From: an uncultured Bacilli bacterium
GTDB taxonomy: Bacteria; Bacillota_I; Bacilli_A; RFN20; CAG-631
NCBI GenBank assembly: GCA_934201705.1
Contig: CAKPXF010000001.1
Location: 173,361-237,360 of the forward strand
Length of the DNA: 64,000 nt
Direction: 5' to 3'
Shown here: positions 30,287 to 39,960 of the stretch, in pieces
Layout of the letters: the number at the start of each line of letters is the position of its first letter
How positions within the stretch are numbered: position 1 is the first letter of the stretch
Notes under the pieces: model-generated
Databases searched by the model: none
Seen by the model: only the letters and a program-made list of their open reading frames with translations
Told to the model about the DNA's origin: nothing
Made by a program: the position numbers and the translations under genes

Positions 30287-31226
30287 AAAGCAAAATAATA
30301 ACGTAAAAATAAATAAAAAAGCTAATAAAGTTGAATTAAAGGAAACCAAAACTATTGTTTTAAAAACATTTAAGGTAAGTAAAGAAAATGAGTTGTTAAA
30401 GTATTTATTTGAACATATTACAAATGATTCTAAAAATAACATAAAAAAATATTTATCTAATCATCAAGTTTTAGTAAATGGCACTTGTACCACTCAATTT
30501 GACTTTAAAATATATAAAGAAGATTTAGTACAATTAGTCAAAAATCCAGTTTTGTCAAGTAAACAAAATAGTATTAAACTTGATATTATATATGAAGATG
30601 ATGAATTAATTGCCATTAACAAGCCTTCTGGATTGTTATCAATTGAAAGTGATAATGAAAAAAGTAATACAGCCTATCGTCTTTTAAATGATTATGTAAG
30701 TAAAAAAGATAAAAAAGCTCGTGTGTTTATAGTCCATAGAATTGATAAGGATACTTCAGGAGTTTTACTTGTGGCTAAAAATGAAAAAATAAAGAATCTT
30801 TTACAGCATAAGTGGCAAGATATTGTAAGTAAAAGAGAGTATATTGCTGTAGTTGAAGGAAAATTCAATAAAAAAAGTGGAACAATTAAATCTTATTTAA
30901 AGGAAAATGTCAATCATTTGATGTATTCAACTAATGATAAAACAGGGCAACTTGCAATTACTCATTATAATGTTTTAAAGGAAAATGCTTCATATTCTTT
31001 AGTTGATGTTAATATTGACTCTGGTAGAAAAAATCAAATAAGAGTTCATATGGGAGACTTGAATCATAAGGTAGTTGGTGATTTAAAATATGGCCCTGTT
31101 TCAAATCCATTAAAAAGGCTTGGCTTACATGCTTATGTTTTAGAATTTACTCATCCAGTTACTTTAAAAAAAATGTCATTTAAGGCTAAAATACCGGAAT
31201 GCTTTAATAGTCTATTTAATAAGTGA
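30270..31226 (+). CDS. RluA/RluD-family 23S rRNA pseudouridine synthase with N-terminal S4 domain
   Basis: Catalytic motif HRIDKDTSGVLLVAKN, S4-like N-terminus, 318 aa. Confidence 0.8.
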   Translation: MYMVNRKQNNNVKINKKANKVELKETKTIVLKTFKVSKENELLKYLFEHITNDSKNNIKKYLSNHQVLVNGTCTTQFDFKIYKEDLVQLVKNPVLSSKQNSIKLDIIYEDDELIAINKPSGLLSIESDNEKSNTAYRLLNDYVSKKDKKARVFIVHRIDKDTSGVLLVAKNEKIKNLLQHKWQDIVSKREYIAVVEGKFNKKSGTIKSYLKENVNHLMYSTNDKTGQLAITHYNVLKENASYSLVDVNIDSGRKNQIRVHMGDLNHKVVGDLKYGPVSNPLKRLGLHAYVLEFTHPVTLKKMSFKAKIPECFNSLFNK

Positions 31227-31256
31227 TATTCATATAATTGCATGGAGGCATGCAAA

Positions 31257-31853
31257 ATGAAAAAGGAAACATATATTGCTAATTTTATTAACGCTAGTTT
31301 ATTGATGTTAGCTTTTATAGCATTCCTTTTTTTTATTTTAAATCATCTAATATTTAATAGTATGCAATGCTTAATGCTATTTTTTTGCTTGCTTATTCCC
31401 ATTTTTATAAAAATGATAATAAAAGATGATATTAATATTTTTATACAATTAATATATTTTATATTTTTAATTGCCCATTTCATTTTAGGTGAAATTTTTT
31501 CTTTTTATATACATATTACTCATTATGATACGTTGTTTCATTTTTTAACAGCTAGTTATATAACATATTTAGGATTTTCAATAATTAGAAAATATCTACA
31601 AAAAAGCTTCGCTAAGCTCCAATTAGCATTTGCATTTTTAATAGGATTAGTCGCTGAATATATTTGGGAAATTATCGAATATATAATTGATGATATATTT
31701 AAAACGAATATGCAAAGATATGCGTATAATAGCATAAAACTATTAGGTCATATAGCTCTTTATGATACGATGAAGGATATGTTTATTACGATGCTTAGTT
31801 GCTTTATCACAATAATAATTATAGGAATATTAAATAAAAAGCACATGAATTAA
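31257..31853 (+). CDS. Hypothetical integral membrane protein
   Basis: RBS GGAGG 8 nt before ATG 31257; ~6 TM segments. Confidence 0.45.
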   Translation: MKKETYIANFINASLLMLAFIAFLFFILNHLIFNSMQCLMLFFCLLIPIFIKMIIKDDINIFIQLIYFIFLIAHFILGEIFSFYIHITHYDTLFHFLTASYITYLGFSIIRKYLQKSFAKLQLAFAFLIGLVAEYIWEIIEYIIDDIFKTNMQRYAYNSIKLLGHIALYDTMKDMFITMLSCFITIIIIGILNKKHMN

Positions 31854-31874
31854 CTTCACGTGCTATATATTTAT

Positions 31875-32759
31875 TTAAGCGTTTGTTTCAGGAGCATTTA
31901 GTGGGTTTTCTTGCATATATTTTACAACGTCACTATATGTTTGTCTCCAAATTGGTTCATAAAGTCTAATAGCATTAACACATTCTTGACCGGCTTTTTC
32001 AATGTTTTCTTTAGTTAATGCTTGAATTTCTTCAGCAGTTAGCTTTCTATCTTCTTTTGTTTCTTTTTCTTTCACTAAAGTACCATCTAAAGCTTTAAAT
32101 GCAGTTAATGAATCTTCAAGCATTTGCTTAATGTCAACCTTATCACCTGAATATCTTTGCTTATTAAAGTTGTAACCACCAACTAATCTCTTTAAGATAT
32201 TTAGATTATAGTTAACTTCATACGATGGTTGGTTGTTGCTTTCTTTTAAGGCCTTTTTATATTCGCCATCATTTCTTAATACCTCGTTAAAGAATAACCA
32301 GTTAGTAATTACTCTATAATAATCAAATGATGCATCAATACATCTTTCAATTCTAACGTCAACTAAACCACTAGTTTTCTTATATTCATTTAAAAATGCC
32401 TTTAGGATATCTTCAACAACTTGGTAGTTTTTAATTGTTTCTTCAACGAAATCAGTAACCTTTTCAGGATCAACCTTACGTGTATCAAAGTTTACAAAGC
32501 TTTCTACTTCATAAATATTTTTAAAGTAGTTAACTAGTTGAGGATACAAAGCTTTTACATCATCATTTGGATGACCATTTAACCATTTTTCTACGAAGTT
32601 TCCTTCAGCTAGCATTTTCTTTGCCATTTCTTTCCTTCTTTCGAAGTTTTCTTCAGTCACATTAATTTGTGCGTGACAATACTCAAGAGAGTCTCTTATT
32701 AAGTAAGAAAGGTGTAATAATTCAATAAGAGTATAATTATTAATTTTATTATCTGCCAT
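31875..32759 (-). CDS. Hypothetical cytoplasmic protein (294 aa)
   Basis: Start at ATG 32759 supported by RBS GGAGGA +7; no family recognised. Confidence 0.45.
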   Translation of the reverse strand: MADNKINNYTLIELLHLSYLIRDSLEYCHAQINVTEENFERRKEMAKKMLAEGNFVEKWLNGHPNDDVKALYPQLVNYFKNIYEVESFVNFDTRKVDPEKVTDFVEETIKNYQVVEDILKAFLNEYKKTSGLVDVRIERCIDASFDYYRVITNWLFFNEVLRNDGEYKKALKESNNQPSYEVNYNLNILKRLVGGYNFNKQRYSGDKVDIKQMLEDSLTAFKALDGTLVKEKETKEDRKLTAEEIQALTKENIEKAGQECVNAIRLYEPIWRQTYSDVVKYMQENPLNAPETNA

Positions 32760-32893
32760 AAAAAATCCTCCAAACTTGGCTTTATGCATTTATTATATCA
32801 TTATTTTTTTAAAATAAAAATAAAAAATATACAAAAAGGAGCAAATATCATTGATTTTTAATTTTTAATAAAAGATATTATTTAATTTTATAT

Positions 32894-32921
32894 TTGCTAT
32901 AACAAACTATGGTGGTATAAT
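32894..32921 (+). promoter_or_regulatory. Putative sigma-A promoter for tadA-dnaX-ybaB-recR (TTGCTA-16 nt-TGgTATAAT)
   Basis: TTGCTA 32894-32899, TG 32913-32914, TATAAT 32916-32921. Confidence 0.4.
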
Positions 32922-32944
32922 TCTATTAGGAAATAGGTGATTGT

Positions 32945-33394
32945 ATGAATGATGATATTTCATTTATGAAACACGCACTTAATGAGGCAAACAAAGCATT
33001 AAAAAAAGATGAAGTTCCAGTTGGAGCAATAATTGTTAAAGATAATAAAATAATTGCTAGAGCGCATAATGAAAAGCAAAGTAAAAATATGGCGATTAAC
33101 CATGCTGAAATATGCGTTATAAAAAAAGCTTGTAAAAAACTTAATAGTTGGCATTTGGATGATTGCATTATGTATGTTACATTAGAACCATGTATGATGT
33201 GCTGTGGTGCATTAATCCAATCAAGAATAAAAAAAGTTATTTACGGGGCTAAAAGCTATCAAAATGGTGCGATTGAAAGTCTATTTAAAGCATTTGATGT
33301 TAAAGGCTTAAATCACTATGTTGAAACAGTGTATTTTGATAAATTAGAAGATTGTTCAAAAATTATTACAAATTATTTTAAAACTAAGCGATAA
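32945..33394 (+). CDS. tadA: tRNA-specific adenosine-34 deaminase
   Basis: HAE and PCMMCCGA zinc motifs, 149 aa, conserved position upstream of dnaX. Confidence 0.85.
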   Translation: MNDDISFMKHALNEANKALKKDEVPVGAIIVKDNKIIARAHNEKQSKNMAINHAEICVIKKACKKLNSWHLDDCIMYVTLEPCMMCCGALIQSRIKKVIYGAKSYQNGAIESLFKAFDVKGLNHYVETVYFDKLEDCSKIITNYFKTKR

Positions 33395-33433
33395 TTGTGA
33401 TATAATTATATTTCATAGTAAGGGGTGAAAGAA

Positions 33434-35149
33434 ATGTCGTATAAAGCATTATATAGAAAATATCGACCAGAAACATTTGAAAATGTCGTTGGTCAAAAAC
33501 ATATTATTCAAACATTACAAAATGCTATTAAGACTAATAAAGTAGCCCATGCATATATTTTTAGTGGACCTAGAGGTACTGGAAAAACTTCTACAGCTAA
33601 AATCTTAGCTAAAGCTTTAAATTGTACAGGAAATGGTATAAAGCCATGCAATGAATGTGAAAATTGTAAAGCAATAAATGAAGGCTCTCATCCTGATATT
33701 ATAGAAATTGATGCAGCTAGTAACAATGGAATTGATGAAATAAGAGATTTAATTGAAAAGGTTAAATATGCTCCTATTTTAGGAAAATATAAGGTATACA
33801 TTATTGATGAGGTTCATATGATGACTGCAGGCGCATTTAATGCTTTATTGAAGACACTTGAAGAGCCACCTGAGCATGTCGTATTTATTTTGGCAACTAC
33901 TGATGTTCATAAGGTTTTACCAACAGTTTTATCTCGTTGCCAAAGATTTGATTTTTCAAAGTTAAATTTTGATGAAATAAAAGATAGAGTTGCTTATATA
34001 TTAAACAAAGAAGCCATTGCCTTTGAAGCAAATGTTCCATCACTTGTAGCAGAACTTGCTGATGGTGGAATGAGGGATGCTTTATCAATTTTAGATCAAG
34101 TAGTTTCTTATGCTGGAAATGATGTTAAATTACAACATATTTATGATATATATGGAATGATGAGTAGTCAGGATATGGTCAATTATTTAAATCTATTAGT
34201 AGCAAAGGATACAAAAAGCGTGTTGAATATGATTGAATCATATATTCAAAAGGGCATTGATGTTAAAAGACTAACCTATGATTTAATGGTTTGCTTAAAG
34301 GATGCGATTGTTTATAAAAATACTAATGATGATAGTTTGCTTGAAAGATTAAATAAGGATCAATCAAAAGAACTATTAGAAAAATATACATTAGATGACG
34401 CTTTGAAGGTTTGTGAAATATTAAATGAAGCTAGAAATAATTATCGTTTATCAACTAATTACCGCTTATTTTTTGAATTGTGCTCTTTAAAAATAATTGA
34501 ACTATTTAATAAGGAAAATGTAGCTACTCCATTAATAAATGAAAAAACAGAATTTATTAAAAATAAGAATGTAGCTGACACAGTAAAAATAATTAAAGAA
34601 GAACCAACAAATATAAAAATAGATAATGAGAAATTGACTAATTTTGATGCTCCGCCAATGGAAAGCGAGCAAATAACATATACTATGGATGAATACGTTA
34701 ATATTTTATGCCATGGTGATAAAAAATTTAAAGATTCATTATTAGTAAAGTGGAAGGACATAAGAGGGTATATTGACACTCCAAATATGCGATATATTGC
34801 TCAATTATTATCCGATGCAATTGTTGGTGTTGCTAATAAAAGTTTTATATTACTTTACTATGAGTATAAACTATTGGCAAGTAGAGCAAAGCAAAGGAAT
34901 AATTTATTATTAATTAAAAAATTTGTTAAAGAAGTATTTAATATTGATGCTCAAATTTATGTTGTTGAAAAAAATACGTTCATTGATATTACGAATAAGT
35001 TTTTTGAATTAAAGCAAGCAAATAAATTACCACCGCTTCATGATATTCCAATTTTAAATGAAGCTGAAGTATTAAAAGAAAATGAAGAAAAAGATGCCAC
35101 AATTGAAAGAGGAAAAGAATTGTTTGGCGATTCGTTAAAAATCGAATAG
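33434..35149 (+). CDS. dnaX: DNA polymerase III subunit gamma/tau
   Basis: Walker A GPRGTGKTS, zinc module CxxC...CxxC, DEVH box; start ATG 33434 after RBS AAGGGGTGA. Confidence 0.9.
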   Translation: MSYKALYRKYRPETFENVVGQKHIIQTLQNAIKTNKVAHAYIFSGPRGTGKTSTAKILAKALNCTGNGIKPCNECENCKAINEGSHPDIIEIDAASNNGIDEIRDLIEKVKYAPILGKYKVYIIDEVHMMTAGAFNALLKTLEEPPEHVVFILATTDVHKVLPTVLSRCQRFDFSKLNFDEIKDRVAYILNKEAIAFEANVPSLVAELADGGMRDALSILDQVVSYAGNDVKLQHIYDIYGMMSSQDMVNYLNLLVAKDTKSVLNMIESYIQKGIDVKRLTYDLMVCLKDAIVYKNTNDDSLLERLNKDQSKELLEKYTLDDALKVCEILNEARNNYRLSTNYRLFFELCSLKIIELFNKENVATPLINEKTEFIKNKNVADTVKIIKEEPTNIKIDNEKLTNFDAPPMESEQITYTMDEYVNILCHGDKKFKDSLLVKWKDIRGYIDTPNMRYIAQLLSDAIVGVANKSFILLYYEYKLLASRAKQRNNLLLIKKFVKEVFNIDAQIYVVEKNTFIDITNKFFELKQANKLPPLHDIPILNEAEVLKENEEKDATIERGKELFGDSLKIE

Positions 35150-35163
35150 GAGGATTTTGAAAT

Positions 35164-35466
35164 ATGAATATGAATGCACTTATGCAACAAGCTCAAAAGA
35201 TGCAAAAGGAAATGGAAAAGGCACAAAAAGAATTAGAAGCAAAAGAATTTGAAATTGTATCTGCAGGAGGAGGAATTAAGGTTACTATTTTAGGAAATAA
35301 GGAGATTAAAAGTATTGATATTGATAAAGAAATTATTGATCCAGATGATAAAGAAATGCTACAAGATATGATAGTTGTTGCTATTAATGAGGCAATTAGT
35401 AAGGTAATTGATGAGGAACAAAAAATAGTTGCAAAGCAACAAGCATCTTTACGTTTCCCATTTTAG
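35164..35466 (+). CDS. ybaB: Nucleoid-associated protein YbaB/EbfC
   Basis: 100 aa, conserved dnaX-ybaB-recR order. Confidence 0.8.
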   Translation: MNMNALMQQAQKMQKEMEKAQKELEAKEFEIVSAGGGIKVTILGNKEIKSIDIDKEIIDPDDKEMLQDMIVVAINEAISKVIDEEQKIVAKQQASLRFPF

Positions 35467-35469
35467 TTT

Positions 35470-36078
35470 ATGGAATATCCAATAATCTTTCAAAATTTAA
35501 TAGATTGCTTTAAACGCTTACCTGGGGTTGGTAATAAAAGTGCCGAAAAAATGGCATATGATGTTTTAGCAATGAAAAAGGAAAACATAGAATTATTTAT
35601 AAAATCTATTAGCGATATTAATAATTTAACTAAATGTCCAATATGTGGCAATATGTCAGAAAACAATAGCATTTGTGAAATATGTGCAAGTGAGGAGAGA
35701 AATCATAAGCTCATTTGCGTTGTTTCATCTCCAAAAGATGTATTTACTTTTGAAAAAATGAAAGAATATAATGGAGTTTATCATGTTTTAAATGGTTGTA
35801 TATCGCCATCAAAAAATAAAGGATATGATGATATAAATTTATCATCATTAATTAGTAGAGTTAAAAATAGTGATGTAGAGGAAGTTATTTTAGCTACTGA
35901 TTTAACGATGGATGGTGAAATTACCGCTATGTATGTAACTAAGCTATTAAAAAAAGAAAATGACTTATTAAAAGTTAGCCGTTTAGCTCATGGACTTCCA
36001 ATGGGGGCTCAACTAGACTATGCCGATGAAATGACTTTATTTAAAGCTTTTTCAAATAGAAAGCAAATTGATAAATAA
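35470..36078 (+). CDS. recR: Recombination protein RecR
   Basis: HhH, C4 zinc finger CPICGN...CEIC, Toprim domain; 202 aa. Confidence 0.9.
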   Translation: MEYPIIFQNLIDCFKRLPGVGNKSAEKMAYDVLAMKKENIELFIKSISDINNLTKCPICGNMSENNSICEICASEERNHKLICVVSSPKDVFTFEKMKEYNGVYHVLNGCISPSKNKGYDDINLSSLISRVKNSDVEEVILATDLTMDGEITAMYVTKLLKKENDLLKVSRLAHGLPMGAQLDYADEMTLFKAFSNRKQIDK

Positions 36079-36094
36079 TTAGGAGGAAGAAGTT

Positions 36095-36664
36095 ATGAAT
36101 GCAAATAAGAATATTGACAAAAGAATAATTAAAACTAAAATAGCCATTAAAACGGCTTTAGTTAAATTACTTGAAAAGAAAAAAGTTGAAGAAATTTCTA
36201 TTGTTGAACTAACAAATTTAGCTAGTGTTAATAGAAAAACATTTTATTTACACTATAGCGATGTTGACTCAGTAATTAAAGAAATTGAAAATGATTTTTT
36301 TAAAAAAATGGAAAAAATAATTAGATCTTATGATTTCAATCTTGATAAATTAGATACTTATTTATATTCAATAACCAAGGCTATAGTAGATGATAACTAT
36401 ATTCATCATATAGTAACTTATACGATTTATAGAAGAGCAATTATGCTAAATGTTTTAAAAATTATTAATGATCATGTTAATAAAAACTTTAATCAAAATA
36501 AAACTCTTAACTTTCAATATATTTTAGATTATAATATGTATGGTAGTGTTAATTTGCTATATATTTGGCTATTAAAAGACACTTCTAGTAAAATGAGTAT
36601 TGAAGAACTATCTGCTTTGCAAGCAAAACTTATTAGAAATAGCTTCAGCGATATTCTTAATTAA
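36095..36664 (+). CDS. TetR/AcrR-family transcriptional regulator
   Basis: N-terminal HTH with TetR-like spacing, 189 aa. Confidence 0.6.
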   Translation: MNANKNIDKRIIKTKIAIKTALVKLLEKKKVEEISIVELTNLASVNRKTFYLHYSDVDSVIKEIENDFFKKMEKIIRSYDFNLDKLDTYLYSITKAIVDDNYIHHIVTYTIYRRAIMLNVLKIINDHVNKNFNQNKTLNFQYILDYNMYGSVNLLYIWLLKDTSSKMSIEELSALQAKLIRNSFSDILN

Positions 36665-36679
36665 TTGCGATGATTAAAG

Positions 36680-36860
36680 ACGTTATATAATGAAAAATTC
36701 TAGCGATTTGTCGAATGGTGGAAGGACAAAATTTATTAGTTATATAAATAACACTTTATAGCAATACTTTTAAATAATTAAGGGCATAGTTTGATACTAT
36801 GAACTAGGATGGCACCGCGAGTTAATCGTTCCTAGATTTTAGGAACGATTTTATTATTTT
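36680..36860 (+). promoter_or_regulatory. T-box riboswitch leader (tRNA-sensing) with intrinsic terminator, upstream of asnS
   Basis: T-box sequence AACTAGGATGGCACCGCG (15/18 to consensus AATTAGGGTGGTACCGCG) at 36803-36820 overlaps 5' arm of hairpin aatCGTTCCT-agatttt-AGGAACGatt (36824-36850) followed by U-run. Confidence 0.7.
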
Positions 36861-36873
36861 TAGGAGGAAAATT

Positions 36874-38274
36874 ATGTTTGAATTTGTAACAGCAAGAGAA
36901 TTATATGAACTAGTACAAAATGGTTCGCAAATAGAAAAGGATCAACTAGAATTTGTTGAACTTGATGGATGGGTTAGAACAAATAGAAATAATGGTAGTA
37001 TAGGCTTTATTGAATTAAATGATGGAACATATTTTAAAAATGTTCAGCTTGTTTATAATAAGGGTGATGAAGCTTATGATTTATGTGCTTCATTAAATAC
37101 AGGTGATGCAGTTAATGCCTATGGTGAATTTAAAATTACAACGAATGGTAAGCAACCATTTGAAGTAAATGTTAAAAAATTAACTTTAATATCAAAATGT
37201 GATCCAGCTTATCCACTTCAAAAGAAAAGACATAGCTTTGAATTTTTAAGAGATATAGCTCATTTAAGACCAAAGACAAATACTTTTTCAGCTGTATTTA
37301 GAGTACGTTCTGTTTTAGCTATGGCTATTCATGAGTTTTTCCAAAATCAAGGATTTGTTTATGTAAATGGTCCATTAATTACTGGAAACGATTGCGAAGG
37401 CGCTGGTGAAACATTTACTGTTACAACCCTTACTGACTTTAAAGATGGATACAAGAACGATTTCTTTGGTAAGCATACAAATCTTACAGTTTCAGCACAG
37501 CTTCATGCAGAGGCTTATGCACAATGCTTTAGGGATGTATATACATTTGGTCCAACATTTAGAGCCGAAAAATCAAATACTGTAAGACATGCTGCTGAAT
37601 TTTGGATGGTAGAGCCCGAAATTGCTTTTGCCGATTTGGAAGATGACATGTCCTTAATTGAAGATATGGTTAAATATTGTATTAAAACAGTATTAGAGGA
37701 ATGCCCAGCAGAAATGGAATTCTTTAATAAAATGATTGATACAACATTAATTGAAAGATTGAACCATGTATTAAATTCTAAATTTGAAGTAATGACATAT
37801 ACTAAAGCTATTGAAACCTTAAAAAAGGCAGTTGAAGATGGTGTTGAATTTGAAAATAAAGATATTTATTGGGGGTTTGATTTAAATTCTGAGCATGAAA
37901 AATATCTTTGTGAAAAGCTAGTAAATGGTCCATTATTTTTAATTGATTTTCCAAAAGAAATTAAATCATTTTATATGAAACAAAATGATGATGGTAAAAC
38001 AGTAGCTGCTTGTGACTTACTAGTTCCGCATATTGGTGAATTAGTTGGCGGCTCACAAAGAGAAGAAAACTATGATAAATTAGTTGCTAGAATGGATGAA
38101 TTAAAAATGAATAAGGAACCACTTCAATGGTATTTAGACTTAAGAAGATTCGGTGGAGTTTCAAGTGCTGGATTTGGACTTGGCTTTGAAAGAATGGTTA
38201 TGTATGTAACAGGAATGCAAAATATTAGAGATGTTATCTCATTCCCTCGTACAGTTAATAATTGTGAATTCTAA
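36874..38274 (+). CDS. asnS: Asparagine--tRNA ligase (class IIb)
   Basis: N-terminal OB anticodon-binding domain; class II motifs FRAE (motif 2) and GFGLGFERM (motif 3); 466 aa. Confidence 0.9.
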   Translation: MFEFVTARELYELVQNGSQIEKDQLEFVELDGWVRTNRNNGSIGFIELNDGTYFKNVQLVYNKGDEAYDLCASLNTGDAVNAYGEFKITTNGKQPFEVNVKKLTLISKCDPAYPLQKKRHSFEFLRDIAHLRPKTNTFSAVFRVRSVLAMAIHEFFQNQGFVYVNGPLITGNDCEGAGETFTVTTLTDFKDGYKNDFFGKHTNLTVSAQLHAEAYAQCFRDVYTFGPTFRAEKSNTVRHAAEFWMVEPEIAFADLEDDMSLIEDMVKYCIKTVLEECPAEMEFFNKMIDTTLIERLNHVLNSKFEVMTYTKAIETLKKAVEDGVEFENKDIYWGFDLNSEHEKYLCEKLVNGPLFLIDFPKEIKSFYMKQNDDGKTVAACDLLVPHIGELVGGSQREENYDKLVARMDELKMNKEPLQWYLDLRRFGGVSSAGFGLGFERMVMYVTGMQNIRDVISFPRTVNNCEF

Positions 38275-38287
38275 TTTAATATAAACT

Positions 38288-38312
38288 AAAAAGGACTCAA
38301 TCGAGTCCTTTT
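38288..38312. terminator. Bidirectional rho-independent terminator between asnS and convergent operon
   Basis: Hairpin aaaaaggactc-aatc-gagtccttttt. Confidence 0.6.
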
Positions 38313-38315
38313 AAA

Positions 38316-39959
38316 TTATATTAATTCAACATAATGCTCAACAGAGCCATTATTGTTAGCTGGAAGTACAAATTGCATAGATAGTATTAATTTACTATGA
38401 GGCTTTATTTTTGTCTCATAAATAGGTTTAATACCAGTACAAGTGATAAATGTTGCCCCAGCTTTTAATAAAGCTTCATTTTCATCCTTAATCATATATA
38501 AGATAGAACCAGCATTAATTAAAGTAAGCTTTATTGTTCTTTCCTTGTCTCCTTGATTTACGAGTACTAAATTTTCATGATATTCAATCATCCAATTTCC
38601 AAAGTCCCATATTGCTCCAGCAGGTGTTGCACTATTTGGTGATAAAATAACTTCCTTATTATTACAAATAGTGTATGTTTCTAAAATATCATCGCCAACA
38701 TAATTATGGTTTAATTGTGAAGATAAATGTGTAAGCCAACGATCACTAATAACTTCATGTCGATAATTATCAGTTACTTTTTCAAATGGCTCATACTTAT
38801 CTTTTAGTTTATCTGCATATAAAGGATAGTATTTAACTGGTAGCTTTTGTGGTAATGTAGCATCGTTAAAAACCCAAATAGGATTACAATCAATAACGCC
38901 TTTATGCTTACTTATACCAAGTCTACCGCCAAAATCATCATCATCAGAATATTTTCTTAAATTTTGAATAACAACATCTTTTTCATTAAGCTTATGGTAA
39001 TCATCATAAATGCAAAATTCACCTGTTAATGAATCGTTTAAAACAATAAAGTGGACATTTCCATTTGCACAATGCCTTTTACACAATAGATTGTCAGCAG
39101 TATTATTAACATTTATATTATTGTAACTATCAATACTAGTTCCACCAATAACATAAATATATTGCTTTGGAGGAATTCTATATATTGTCCTTTTTATTGC
39201 TTGTGGCTCATGATAATTATCAAAATTCAAATAGTCATTAAACCATTTAGTAGCTTCTTCATTAAAGCCACTTTTATCCATTTCATATTTAATTCCATAA
39301 TAATCTATCCATGATTTTTCGCCAAGCCATGATCCTTTAACCTGATATCCAACATTTGAAACGCTAACATATACATCAAAATTATTATTATTAACTAATC
39401 TATAGCCTAAATAAATGTCTCTATCTGTATGATTACTGTTTTCAAATGTCATGAAGCAATCGCCAGTTAAGCTTTTATTTTGCATAGTAATGGAATTTAA
39501 AGCATTTTGTTTGATTGATTCAGGAACATTACAATAAATATATGTTCCGCCATTTCTTTTTTCCATATTAATTGTAGCTGGCTTTAATGGATCTTTATTG
39601 TTATTACCTGTTAAAGGAATATCATTACCAGTATCCTTTATATTTATTTTATATGGTGTAACAATAGTTTTATTAATAGGATAAAAATAAATTTCAAATT
39701 CCTCATTTTGATTGTTTGTTGTTATTTGTAAAAAGATTGTTTGATTTTCGTTAAAATCATATCTTATTAAAGAACTACTATTAATAATTAAGTTTTCATT
39801 TTCATCATATATAGCTAGCATAGAAACACTTTTACTACCATTAAGAAGATATGTATCACTTACATCTATGGATAATTTAAAAGTAATTGTTTTAGAATCG
39901 TTAGTTTTTGAAAAGATATTTGCTACTTCAAATGCTTTTTTATTTAATAAATTTTTCAT
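38316..39959 (-). CDS. Hypothetical cytoplasmic protein (547 aa), translationally coupled to upstream NUDIX hydrolase; no recognisable family
   Basis: Long clean ORF; ATG 39959 one nt after NUDIX stop (TAAaATG), RBS GGAAGGA inside NUDIX 3' end; no signal peptide or TM. Confidence 0.6.
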   Translation of the reverse strand: MKNLLNKKAFEVANIFSKTNDSKTITFKLSIDVSDTYLLNGSKSVSMLAIYDENENLIINSSSLIRYDFNENQTIFLQITTNNQNEEFEIYFYPINKTIVTPYKINIKDTGNDIPLTGNNNKDPLKPATINMEKRNGGTYIYCNVPESIKQNALNSITMQNKSLTGDCFMTFENSNHTDRDIYLGYRLVNNNNFDVYVSVSNVGYQVKGSWLGEKSWIDYYGIKYEMDKSGFNEEATKWFNDYLNFDNYHEPQAIKRTIYRIPPKQYIYVIGGTSIDSYNNINVNNTADNLLCKRHCANGNVHFIVLNDSLTGEFCIYDDYHKLNEKDVVIQNLRKYSDDDDFGGRLGISKHKGVIDCNPIWVFNDATLPQKLPVKYYPLYADKLKDKYEPFEKVTDNYRHEVISDRWLTHLSSQLNHNYVGDDILETYTICNNKEVILSPNSATPAGAIWDFGNWMIEYHENLVLVNQGDKERTIKLTLINAGSILYMIKDENEALLKAGATFITCTGIKPIYETKIKPHSKLILSMQFVLPANNNGSVEHYVELI

Positions 39960-39960
39960 T

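Noticed and set aside
33395-33433. Expected small cytoplasmic (4.5S/SRP) RNA between tadA and dnaX as in Bacillus
   Set aside because: Gap is only ~40 nt, too short for an SRP RNA; the ffs gene must be elsewhere.
38316-39959. Assigning the 547-aa NUDIX partner to NAMPT/NadV (NUDIX-NadV pairing is known in NAD salvage)
   Set aside because: NAMPT signature motifs (e.g. TDSYK near N-terminus) are absent; left as unknown.
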